Positions 44,468 to 56,658 of a stretch of DNA of 64,000 nucleotides are shown piece after piece. Both the position numbers and the translations under genes were made by a program. Positions within the stretch are counted from its first letter, which is position 1. Each line of letters starts with the position of its first letter. Source of the stretch: Eledone cirrhosa (Eukaryota); contig OZ024742.1 of assembly GCA_964016885.1 (NCBI GenBank), positions 259,098,001-259,162,000 on the forward strand, read 5' to 3'. A model generated the notes under the pieces. That model made no database searches. It was not told the origin of the DNA and saw only the letters and a program-made list of their open reading frames with translations.

Positions 44468-44929
44468 CGTGTATGTATGTGTGTGTGTCTGTGATCTATA
44501 TGCACTGCTCATAGACATACAAATACATATATATATATACAGACACACTCACATATATATACAAAACAACACCATCAGCTCTGTCACTCTCTCTCTCTCT
44601 CTTCCATTCTCCTTCTCTGTCTTCTCTCCGTCTCACTATGTCTCTCTTTCAATCTACTCTCTCACAACAACTATCTCTTTCTCTCTATCCCCCCCTCTCT
44701 CTCTCATTCTCTCTATATTTCTCTCTCTCTCTCTCTCTCTGTTTATGAAGGTACCAAGAAAACTCCATATCGCGGGAACCCATGCTTCGATTCACACGCA
44801 ACGTGTTTTATTCCATTTGTATTCCCATTTCAAGGGCAACTTTCTTTCAAAGTATTTTCCTATTATGTGCCCTTTTGGCTGTATGACATTACAGACAAGC
44901 AAGCAATTACAGACATTTAGTAATATAGA
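44146..44929 (-). mobile_element. Non-autonomous Helitron-type element carrying a nested SINE and microsatellites
   Basis: Minus strand starts A|TCTATATTACTAAA (44929) and ends with hairpin CCGTGAC-N2-GTCACGG (44155-44170) then CTAG|T (44146). Confidence 0.7.
44206..44314 (-). mobile_element. 5'-truncated SINE family A with 18-bp TSD
   Basis: TSD TATATTTTTTTAAATAAT at 44188-44205 and 44315-44332; body near-identical to the 30673 copy. Confidence 0.9.
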
Positions 44930-46077
44930 TATTCTTTCTCTTCAACGCCTTTTTCTTTACCTCTTTCACCACTTCTATTTTTCTTTCTAATTCATTCTGT
45001 TCTCTCATAATTATATATTGCGAGTTTGTTCTAAATGATGCATAACTAAAATGAAAAATATAGTTTAGTGTTAACACCTATGCAGATTTAGCTAGCTACT
45101 GCGGTATTTACATCTCATACCATATGTCGTGAGTCTTTTCTATTTCCTGTGGGTTACCGTTATATCATGAAGCCACACTCCGTTACGCCAATGCGTATTG
45201 CAATTATTCGATAAGCGTAGCTGTGTGCTCATGAAACTAACTTTTTGGAGCAGAGCATTCAATCGTTAAGTTTACCCATCACATAATTATCAGTGTGACA
45301 ACGCTGACATTTGAAGTACAGATACAATTGAGCCGACAAGTTTCAAAGCAGCTTCTGTCTAACCTATTTCCCAGAAGCTCCTGATAAATAACAGGTATCT
45401 AAGACAACACGCAGTGGAATGGAACCGGATATTGCAAACCGAACATTTAAACCATTCGGCTATTCTGTGTCTACAGTGTAAGTCAATGTTCGTCGGATCT
45501 ATTTTTTTTCTTCTCCGCGGGGAGTTGACAGAAATAATGTAAAGTATTTTTGTATTGACCACCGATAATGTTTTATTTATGTCATTTCTTTTTCCTATAT
45601 TCCTTTTATATTTTTCTCTATTTTATTTTCTGGCACAGAAAAAAAACTACTCACAACGTATAAATATTTACAAATTCGTTCTTAACCTTTCTAAGATTGG
45701 CAGAGAGCCAAAAGTAAGAATTTTCTAGGGGAAGACGGAATAAGTTGAAAAAGAAAAAGTAGAAACGAATCAAAAAATATATAAAATAGAAAAAAATGTA
45801 ACTCCATCTATTTTCATCTACGCTCAATAATATGATCAGGTGAATACAGTTTTAGACTTGGTTAATGAGTTACAAAAAATGGAAGCAACATTTATATGAG
45901 GACTAAACCTCTGTATTTCGTGAGATTGATTCATTATGTTTGCCGTGCGCTTGATTTGTAATACTCTTTGTTATATACATATATAAATAACAAGGAGTAT
46001 TATATATCAAGCGCACATTAAACATGAGGAATCAATCTCACAAAATACTGAGGTTTAGTCCTCATAGAATTGTTGTT

Positions 46078-46166
<89 letters not shown>

Positions 46167-46351
46167 TATATATATATATATATATATTAGAATTGGCGCT
46201 CTGAAATAGCTATACATATATGAATGTATATATAGTGCATTTTGCAATACACTGTATGCTTAATTAAAAACATTTCGAAGACCCTATGCTATTGTTTTAG
46301 AGTAGTGACAGTCTCACTTACTTTAAATTTTCAGCAAACAGGGGGAGATAA

Positions 46352-46396
46352 AGCTGACAGAGTTATGTTTCGTACTGATTGGTACTTATTGAAGCC
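46352..46396 (-). ncRNA. Hammerhead motif, left-arm copy (core reads TCAATAA)
   Basis: Minus strand GGCT-TCAATAA-GTAC CAATCA GTAC-GAAAC-ATAACTCT-GTC-AGCT. Confidence 0.55.
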
Positions 46397-46701
46397 AAGT
46401 ACCCCACTTGTTTACTGAAAATCATGAATGTTTGATTCTTATAGAATTTCTAGTAATAATCAGGAACTGATTATACAGAGCGGTTGCCGGTCAAGCAGAA
46501 ATTGAAAATTAAAATTGGCGCTCTGAAGTAGCCATATATATATATGTATATGAATGCAAAATACACTATATATACATTCATATATATATAGCTATTTCAG
46601 AGCGCCAATTCTAATTTTCAATTTCTGCTTAACCGGCAACTGCTCTGTATAATCAGTTCCTGATTATTACTAGAAATTCTATAAGAATCAAACATTCATG
46701 A

Positions 46702-46794
46702 TTTTCAGCAAACAGGTGGGGTACTTGGCTTTGATAAGTACCAATCAGTATGAAACATAGCTCTGTCAGCTTTATCTCCTCTGTTTGCTGAAAA
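46702..46794 (+). ncRNA. Type I hammerhead motif with U3:A8 core and extended stem I
   Basis: GGCT-TTGATAA-GTAC CAATCA GTAT-GAAAC-ATAGCTCT-GTC-AGCT (46727-46771), enclosed by a perfect 14-bp helix TTTTCAGCAAACAG / CTGTTTGCTGAAAA. Confidence 0.75.
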
Positions 46795-47768
46795 TTTAAA
46801 GTAAGTGAGACTGTCACTACTCTAAAACAATAGCATAATGTCTTCGAACTGCTTTTAATTAAGCATACAGTGTATTGCAAAATACACTATATATACATTC
46901 ATATATATATATATATATATATATGATGATGATGATGATGATCCTGTGAATGCATTGCTGAAACTCCAGACTAACACGGCTCACCAATAAGCCATAAGGA
47001 ATGGCTATTTATAGACATTCTCAAGTCTCTCATTAATACACACACACATATATATATATATATGTATGTATATCATAATATAATAAAGGGAGGAGTGCAA
47101 GACTGTGTCCTAAATATATTTTTTTATCCCGTTAGTAAAATAAGTTGGATTATTTTAAATATATAATGAATGAATATTACATAATCTATGTACTAAATTT
47201 CGTAACTCTTGATTAAATATAAATTATTTTATTGCTTATTTTAAGATTCATTTCTTTTAAAAGTTTCAAATTTCAACACTTCCGCTATATCGCCGGAACC
47301 ACTACCTCAACTACCATATATTTATAGACAGAGCTAGAAAGAGAGAGTGTGTGATAAGAGAGATACAGATAGATAGTGTGACGATGTGACAGATATGTAT
47401 ATGCAGTCGAAGCCAACAATTTAAACTGCTACCACCTCTGTTCGTCAACACTAACAAAACTAAGGACAAAAATATGAACTTTCCTTTCTAAATATGTATG
47501 TAGAAACTTTAAAAAATGTGCACAATTTTATCATTATTCGTATAGATATGCAATTTACACTTCCGTCGTTGAAACAGCATATAAAGCTGAAATGGGTACA
47601 CGATTAAGTGCGAAAATCCCTACTTTATGAATAAATATTTTGATGTTATACTGAAAAAATTCCTCTAGCATTTTCTATTGAAAAAACGTTTTCCTTTCTA
47701 TCATTTGTTTATATATATATATATATATATAGAAGGATTTAAATGGATACAGTTTAGTTAAAAGGAAT

Positions 47769-47889
47769 TTATTGACACGTGTTTCAATAATTGTTACATA
47801 ACCTGAAAACAGCTGCTATCTACAAAGTATTAGTTATGCAGACATTCAATATTTCAATGTTATTATCAACTGTCATTTCATCAGAATAA
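47769..47889 (-). ncRNA. Hammerhead motif in the inverted 5' pLTR copy
   Basis: Reverse complement of 51254-51374 with two substitutions in the base-paired part of stem II. Confidence 0.75.
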
Positions 47890-48161
47890 TTTTACTGAGG
47901 ACCTGTTTGGTTTTTATAGAGAATATTAGGAGGGAGGGGTGAAGTTGTTAGAAGAATAGTTGAGGGAGTGGTTTTTTGATAGCAGTGAGAATTTTTGGTG
48001 GCAGTGAGTAATTAGATTCCCATCTATTGTTTTGACATCTTTATAGAATATATTATTGGTAATTTTTCTAAATCTATAGAAGGATTAGAGATAGTATAGA
48101 TATGCATGGTTGGTTTTGTGTTTGCACTTAATTAACATTCAGACTTAAATTTTTCTTTCAA

Positions 48162-50435
48162 GTGGATATGTCACTCAAAAACATACCAACCCAAGGCAAA
48201 AAGGAATACTTATTGAGTATGATTCAAAAAACTAATGAATTCATTCGACGTGTCAGGTGGAAAACGCTCCACTATGATAGAAGCCGTATGAACTCACCAT
48301 CAGAAAGTGGTGTAAACAACAAATTTGGTTTTAGAACGTGTAAAAACCCACCCACTAACCCACTATTAGATGCATTTGAGCAGGACCTTATGGACTTAAT
48401 CCTTAAAATTAAATTCAAAGGACGTAACACCAACAACAAACTACAGAAAGATATTAAAAAAGTACTGGACGACCTTAAAAACGCCAAAGGAATTGTAGTA
48501 AAAGCGGACAAAACATCAAGCCTGTATACTATGGACTGTACTACATACAACAACTTCATTCGAAAATAATTACATAAAAAATATAGAAAAACGAATGAAG
48601 TAACTCTTAAGCACATCAATGATGAGGCATGCGAAATAGTGAAAAATCTCGGAATCGAAGATAGGACAGGACCACTCTTACCGGCGGTACCCACCTTCAA
48701 TCTTAAGGACCATAAGGTAAACTTTGATAATGACCCTAAAATTAGATTAATCTGCCCCTCTAAACCAGATATAGGTAAAATAAGCAAATATATCTTAGAT
48801 AGAATCATCCCCCAAATTAAGGCTAAGGTTAACATTAAACTCTGGGGGAAGACCCAAGAAGCAATAAGATGGTTTAATAGCATTAGCAATAAGAATAAAT
48901 CTAAGTTTATCCAGTTTGATATCGACGAATATTACTCATCGATATCACCTGAAACTTTGAATAGAGCCATTAAGTTTGCTAAGGATAACTCTGACCTTAC
49001 AAACGATGAAATTAAGATTATATTAGAAGCTAGGAAAACTATAGTCAAATTTGAGAACAGTTATTGGGTTCGTAAAGATAGACCCTCTAACTTTGACATA
49101 ACAATGGGCTCTAACGATTCGGCGGAAATAACTGATATTGTGGGTTTATTTATCGCCTTTAGACTCCAGGAAAAATTCAGCAATCTCCAAGGTGGAATAT
49201 ACCGCGACGATGTTATCCTCCTAGTTAAAAACCTAAATAATCAAAAACTAGAAAAACTACGCAAAGATGTAAGAAAACTACTACTCGAAATAGGACTAAC
49301 TATAACATATGAATACAACCTTAAAGTAGTTAACTTCCTGGATGTCACACTCAATTTAAACTCTGGTCTGATTAAACCGTTTCATAAATTGAATGAAAAT
49401 CTCAAGTACGTAAATGTTGGGTCTAACCACCCCATCTCTATAATTAAATCTATCCCTAAAAATATTTCCCTCAGAATCTCGGGTCTCTCTTCTAACATAC
49501 AAGTATTTAAGGAACACGCCCAGTACTACGATAACGCCCTTAGTAAAAGCAGGCTACCTCAACAAAATAGAGTATATAGATGAGAACAATCAAAACACCC
49601 AAAATAAATCCCACATAGGTAGATATAATAACACAACACCAAACCACACTTACTACCATAGTATACACACCAGTAAACCAACAAACAAAACTAATAGAAA
49701 GCGATGCAAAGAGTACTTATGGTATAACCCTGAATACAATAGTTCCATTAGTACAAATTTACCAGTACTCTTCTTTAAAATAATTAAGAGACATTTTCCT
49801 ACATCACACAAAATCCTAAACCCTACCACTATAAGACTGTCATACTCTACAGCGTTAAACCTTGAACAACACATAAAAAAGATCAATACTAGAAGGTTAA
49901 ACGAAAACACAAAAAAACAGTAGACAATACACTACAGAACATAAATAAACCACACCTAAGTTCGTCCGCAATACTACTCCAGAGAAAACCCAACGTACAC
50001 AACTGTAACTGCACCTAACCTGACAACTGCCCCCTCGGCAATAACTGCCTGGAAAAAAATATCATTTATAAGTGTACCATTAAATCCGGAGGCAACGAGT
50101 GGTATTACGTGGGATCAACGGCAACATCGTTTAAATCTCGATTATATAGGCATTCTTACTCAATAAAACACCAGAGCCAAAGAAATGTAACAACTTTAGC
50201 AGAAAAAGCTTGGACGCTCAGGGATAGCGATCAAAAGTTTACCCTAAAATGGGAGAAATTAGCTAAAACCCAAAGCTTTTCCAGGAGCCAAAATTTCTGC
50301 AAATTGTGTAATCTTGAGATTTATTACATAATCACACACAAGAAGAAATTGCTTAATAACAGAATTGAACGAACATTATTCTGCCGTCACCGAACTAAAA
50401 CCCGTTTTTCCCACTACAAGCTGAATATTACATAA
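48162..50435 (+). pseudogene. PLE reverse transcriptase-GIY-YIG endonuclease ORF, disrupted
   Basis: N-terminus SLKNIP...FIRRVRWK; ADKT; RT motifs QFDIDEYYSSI, ITMGSNDSAEI, IYRDD, NFLDVTL; WYNP linker; C-x-C-x5-CPL..C; IIY...YYVGST...FKSRLYRH; CKLC...CRH. In-frame TAA at 48567, frameshifts near 49545 and 49920, TAA near 50016. Confidence 0.92.
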
Positions 50436-51253
50436 AAGAGGGACATCCCCCCAACTATATAAACCTCAATCTAGTTAGAAAAATATAAAAACGATCTCTT
50501 CTCAACATATATATGTATATTAATAAGCTTAAATTACCACACTAATAATGGAAAGATATGCTGATGAGAATAGGTGCGAATATGCTATAATGAATGTGTC
50601 TAAAAGCGACCATATGTATGTATATATATATGTGAAAATGTATATAAATAAGTAAATATATATATATGTTTGATGTGTATAGTTAGATGTATGTGTATTC
50701 ATGTATTAAAGTGTTTATATATATATATATACAAATAGACTGGAGTATGTATGTATATATGTGTGTGTTTATACGTGTGTATATAAAGATAAGTTGAGTA
50801 TGAAAATGTATACACATGAATGCGTGTGTATGTACATGTATATATGTATATATATGTATATATATATATGTGCATGTGTATATGTATGTAAGTATGAGCA
50901 TGTAAGTATGTGTATGTGAGTATATGTATTTTGTAGAGGTGTGCATATATGTTTGTGTGTGAATGCGTGGGCGAAAGGATACGTACACTTGAAAGAAAAA
51001 TTTAAGTCTGAATGTTAATTAAGTGCAAACACAAAACCAACCATGCATATCTATACTATCTCTAATCCTTCTATAGATTTAGAAAAATAACAAATAATAT
51101 ATTCTATAAAAATGTCAAAACAACAGATGGGAATCTAATTACTCACTGCCACCAAAAATTCTCACTGCTATCAAAAAACCTCAACTATTCTTCTAACAAC
51201 TTCCCCCTCCCTCCTAATATTATCTATAAAAACCAAACAGGTCCTCAGTAAAA

Positions 51254-51374
51254 TTATTCTGATGAAATGACAGTTGATAATAACATTGGAATATTGAATG
51301 TCTGCATAACTAATACTTTGTAGATAGCAGCTGTTTTCAGGTTATGTAACTGTTATTGAAACACGTGTCAATAA
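51254..51374 (+). ncRNA. Type I hammerhead ribozyme motif in PLE pLTR with a very long stem-loop II
   Basis: TTATT-CTGATGA(51259)-AATGACAGTT...AACTGTTATT-GAAAC-ACGT-GTC(51369)-AATAA; 10-bp stem II, palindromic ACACGTGT stem III. Confidence 0.85.
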
Positions 51375-51613
51375 ATTCCTTTTAACTAAACTGTATCCAT
51401 TTAAATCCTTCTATTTTTCTCCGGATTACTTTTGGAACTACAACTGGAACCGTCGAGCAAACTCTACGTGAGCTGTCCATCTACTGTGTGTAATATTTAT
51501 ATTACAACACTACGGAAAATACTGTATATATATATATATTAATTCAAAATATTAACAAAATAGATATTCTTGACATAGTAGATGGTTAAGATTCATAATA
51601 TTTAATCACATAA

Positions 51614-51800
51614 ATAATTGTTTCTACTTTTGGCACAAGGCCAGCAATTTACCAGTGCATTACTGGTACTTTATTTTATCGACCCCGTAAGGATGAAAGG
51701 CAAAGTCAACCTCGGCAGGATTTGAACTCAAACCATAAAGGGACGTAACTATGCTGGAAAGCATGGCGTCCGACCCTCTACCAATACTGCCAATCCACTG
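51614..51800 (-). mobile_element. SINE family A, near full length
   Basis: Near-identical to 30673-30861. Confidence 0.9.
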
Positions 51801-52133
51801 TATAATAAAATATAATTAAAATATAATTGATCACAAGAATATCTATTTTGTTAATATTTTGAATTAATATTAATAACTCTGGAAAACATTTACCGTTGAG
51901 TGCTTCCAATCTATTGTAAAACTCATTCTTTGATGTATTCATTGAACCTTGTTTAACTCTTAAATATATATATATTGAACCTTGTTTAACTCTTAAATAT
52001 ATATATATGTATATATATAGAGAGAGAGGGGGAGAGAGAGATGAAAGGATTAGGATTTTTTCAGCATGCTGGCGTGTATGTGTGTGCGTGTGTGTATGTG
52101 CATATATCTACATTTATATGTAGTAATATACAT

Positions 52134-52590
52134 TTATATGTAATAGTTTTCGAGGCAAGGCAGCACGCTCGCAGCGTTACCTGGACTGATGGCGAGACTA
52201 AGGGGCTGGAACAACCAACTGCCCTCACGAGCATGACCCATTACCTCCATTTGGTGAGACGCCAGTGAAGATAAGATCCTCGCTGTCAGTAGCCCGACTT
52301 CCACAAACGTCTCGAACGCCACAGGCTGGATAATATAGTTAGCTGACAGAACAGGGTATTTTAGGATTTTGTTCCGTTCAGCTGTGGATGCTGTAGCTCT
52401 CGCGCTTACCGCTGCATCAAGGAATTGGGAAGAAGTAAAAGAGTCAGTAACTGTGACGTCCCAGATAAGACACCTGCGCTCTTGACCAGGGATACAGAGT
52501 AAAACCGTCAGGTCTTTTCCCATTAATTCTGGACAACCCAGACGGTTCTAAAACTGAGTGGATGTTTGAATGAGCCAAAGCTCTTAAGTA
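52134..52590 (-). pseudogene. 3' fragment of a CRE-like (restriction-like endonuclease) non-LTR retrotransposon
   Basis: Translation across a frameshift: LEPSGLSRINGKRPDG...LIWDVTVTDS...AERNKILKY...PVAFETF...LFQPLSLAISPGNAASVL, the RPD/WDVT/GNA pattern of RLE domains. Confidence 0.8.
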
Positions 52591-52809
52591 GTAATGGCAC
52601 AGTGTGTGAATGCGCGCGCGCGTGATTTTATCGGCGTTCTTAAATTAGAGACGTGTGTATGTCACTGTTTTTAAGTTAGAGACATATATATGTGTGTATC
52701 CCCTTCCTTCCTTTTACACACACATACATTCACACAAACACACACACATACACATTGTATGACGGACGGATGGACAGAAGTCCCTCAAATTTATATACAT
52801 GTGATTGGA

Positions 52810-53290
52810 GTTCTACCGAAGCAGGTAGAGAAGTTCAAGTATCTCGGTCCCGTGTCCATCAGTGATGGAAGGTAGGATGCTGAATTAAGTGCAATAATTG
52901 CAAAAGCTGAAGCAGTAATGCGCCAGCTTCAGCATTCAGTAATCAGAAGAATGGAGGTAGGTGTAAAAGTCAAACTCGCTGTCTTCCTTGGGTCATAAAT
53001 CTTGGGTAATGACCAAAAGAATATAATTGCAAATACATGCGGCAGAAATGGGGTCCTCCGTTACTCGATAAAGTGCATAGATCAGAGAGTCACTCCCGAT
53101 AGAGCCGTTACATCTCCGAATTGGGAGATCACAACTCCGATACTATGGGCATGTGGTTAAAATGTCTCAGGAAACCATCGCTGGACAGAATTTACAGGCA
53201 AAACCAACCGGCAAGAGACCCAGAGGTAGACTCTGAGCAAGATAGCTGAATAACATCCATGGACGTTTTGGGATCCAGCTGGATCTGTTA
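52810..53290 (+). pseudogene. 3' fragment of an RTE-clade LINE RT, decayed
   Basis: KQVEKFKYLG...SDGR; SWVMT; AAEMG; RSQLRYYGHV; KPTGKRPRGR in shifting frames with stops. Confidence 0.8.
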
Positions 53291-53894
53291 GAGATGTTTG
53301 CTATATATAAAGAATTTCGTTTCCAATATAAAAACTGAAAAGAAGTAGCTGGAGAAATCCAATCAAGGCAATAGTAGTTTGGCGCCTTCTTCCCTATTTA
53401 GCTCTCTCTTCTCACAGTAGTGACTACCAAGTAAACTGCTGCTATCGTTAACTACGTATCTCCTTCAGGACAATAAAATCACCACCATCTATACACCAAA
53501 CTGTCTATCTATCTGTACGGTTATCTATATGTGCATCTATGTATTTACATAACTGTCTTGTTAGCCACTATTCAGTTTGCCTATTTGACAGTTGTATCTA
53601 ATTTTGGATAAGAACAAAAGTACAAATCCCAATAGCAATCCTTAGATAAAGGGAAAGATAGAAGAAAATCATCATTATTTGGTGAACATGTTTGAAAGGG
53701 ATTGAAAAGTAAATGGAGAATATTATTGTAATTGATTTAAATGAATGTAAAATGAAATACGGTGGTAGTTGGAGTGATCTAGGTGGAGAAATATCGAGGA
53801 TTCAAGTATTTTTGCATACAATTTTGTATTCAAAGAATAATCAAATTAGATACATTTCATTATAAACTCAATTATTTTGGATGGGTATTATGAC

Positions 53895-53987
<93 letters not shown>

Positions 53988-55927
53988 TTGAATATATCTT
54001 CGACATATCTTTATGCATAAATGTATGTGAGTTCCGTATATTTAATGATATACGGTACGTTTAATAAATAAACATTATGAAAGCTCACCTAGGATGACGA
54101 CCAACGCGTCTAGCAGAAACCAGCAGAAGCAACGGGGAACAACTGTCTCTCATTAGAACAGGACATCTCCTACTCAGTACTGGAATTTGAAACGAGCAAA
54201 GATATATATTTTTTATCGCCTGTGTAGTTGGGCTGATTAGTCAAATTTGCATATGAAGCTGCATAAGTTAACTTATCTTAAAAGTAGAATTAGAATTTAG
54301 TTTATCATGTATTGTGAATTTCAAATATATACTTTATGTATAAATAAAAATTTTGGAAGCCCAGCTATGAACAATTAAAGGCCGAGAGCCAGTGCCGCCT
54401 AGCGGATCCCAGCAGAAGCAGCGGGGAACAGTGTCTATGCGTATTTTGAGCTTCTGGCTCTCAGAAGGACAGTGCTTCCCCTACTTACTGCTAGAGAGAG
54501 AAAGAAAGACATTTATGATATTCATCAGTAATTCACTCGGTGTGGTTCCCTAAGCTACTCCACATAATTGTTATTACTACATACGATGTTTGACATTCGA
54601 AATACGAATTCTTCGTATTTACAGAAACGAATTCAAAATATTTCCAATCTACGGCATATTAAAATCAGTATGGCATAGCCTCAATTTTTTAAAGTCTCAA
54701 TTTACAAAGAAGAAAGTAATACAGTTATTTCATTAATAAATTTCTGTCAAATGTTTCTATCCATTTTCAAATAATTTTGAAAATAGTAACATAACTAATC
54801 TACTCCGTAATTAGGTTTTGAAATATAAGAAATGTAGTTAGATAAAAATATCATGGATGGTTTTTAAGTAAATATTAACACTTTAAGATAAACATTTTTT
54901 TTATCATAGAACTAGCGACAGTCATGTGGTTTGATGTCGTAATGTTATGATAGATTGACGTATGCATTATATTTTGACGCAACCGAATGCTCAGTTAATT
55001 CTTCGGTGAACTAAAACAGAAATGGCAGCTAAATATTCTTGCAAACTACAACTATTTGAACTTACACTAAAAGGTAAGGCCTCACATATTTTTATGGGTG
55101 GCACACAAATTTGCCGCGGCAAAATTTGCTCTGGAAAACGCTTCATTTTTCATTTAGTGAATGGTTAAGACGCTAATACATAGTTAAGAAAGATACATAC
55201 GTGATATTAAAAACATAAAATATGGATATATATAAAATATTCCACACACATGTGTTCATGATGAAACCGTATGCTAGTACATACAACTTTATGTTGAATC
55301 CCATTTTGTTAGATCTATTTCTACTAAATAATATAGATATATGTTACTGAATCTTATCTAATTTAGTCATTGGATCGCCATATTCTGATAGATTGAAATA
55401 TTTGAATTATAGCCTAGTTTGGTTTGGAATTCATACCGATGTCATTTCATATTTTGGCAATGTACCAAATCTAATTTTTACACAAGGAAATCATCGACAC
55501 GATCAAGGTTTGGCAATTTTATGTAATTGGAAACACTGAACAAACAGTAAAATGGTGATTCAGATAGATATAGAGAGGATATATGATGGTGTAATCCTAG
55601 AAAAGAGCGGGGAAGTATTTAAAGAAAACATACATGAGAAAAATATTATGTTTCGGATTACATTTTAATATAATTTATTAATGGTATGAAGAATCTTATT
55701 TCTGTTAGAAGCGAACATGTCAGCATCTTATTGTTTACTTTCATTGAATAAGGTATATTGTTAGACCTCCTGCTAGTGTTCCAGTTGCTCTAAACACAGA
55801 TCAACGCGAATTGAATGAACATTAGCACCTACTGCAGATGAACCTACACCTTCGCCTATCATTTCTAAACACACGTTTTCACACACGCATACACAAACAC
55901 AGACACATACACAAACACACACACACT

Positions 55928-56078
<151 letters not shown>

Positions 56079-56388
56079 ATGTATGTATATATATATATGG
56101 TACAGATGTAATTACTGTATGTACACGTTTCTTCTAAGTTTAAATTTACACCTAATTGTGTATGGTTGACGGTATATTTAGTTAGTTTCTACATGCTGTT
56201 GAAATGTTGGATAAATACTCTATTGGGGTCACCGCGAAGAGGCCGCTTTCGGTTATTTATCAAATATTTCTTCATGGGAGCCTTTATTCTTATAGCCTGG
56301 TCTAATTGATTTTTTTATATGGTTAATTATGCTAATTGGGAGAGGAAATGGTATATATTTTATCTAATAATTCTAAGGACATGATTTA

Positions 56389-56424
<36 letters not shown>

Positions 56425-56611
56425 TGTGTGTGACTGTACATAACTGTCTGTTTCGAAACGATGGGCGAAATCTTAAATGTATAAGAACATTCAATCATGA
56501 AGATGTGAATTTGTCTCCTGCTGGTGCTAATGTTCATCTTTTACCTTAAGGGGATCTTATATGCACTAATATTTACACTATTTTCCTATATATATGTACG
56601 TATATATGTAT

Positions 56612-56658
<47 letters not shown>

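Larger units (their letters stand above)
46186..46905. mobile_element. Fold-back of an approximately 322-bp hammerhead-containing unit (each arm is more than one unit, head-to-tail); retrozyme-like
   Basis: AATTGGCGCTCTGAA at 46191 and 46513; TGCAAAATACACTATATATACATTC at 46555 and 46876; 46555-46905 is the reverse complement of the left arm; both ends lie in (TA)n. Confidence 0.9.
47729..51524 (+). mobile_element. Penelope-like retroelement, near full length (Naiad-like), with inverted 5' pLTR copy, inserted in (TA)n
   Basis: RT plus GIY-YIG ORF; 47729-48164 is the reverse complement of 50986-51414; hammerhead in the pLTR; TA repeats on both flanks. Confidence 0.93.

Noticed and set aside
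48272-48889. 205-aa minus-strand ORF
   Set aside because: Antisense shadow of the PLE ORF with no recognisable motifs.
50545-50615. SECIS element or second hammerhead in the PLE 3' UTR (CTGATGAG...GAA...)
   Set aside because: Some Naiads are selenoproteins, but the conserved cysteines here are TGT/TGC and the disrupting stops are TAA/TAG. Spacing is too short for a SECIS and there is no GAAAC/stem III.
51941-52005. Short tandem duplications (also 22768-22850, 25255-25420, 32225-32258)
   Set aside because: Ordinary slippage products with no further structure.
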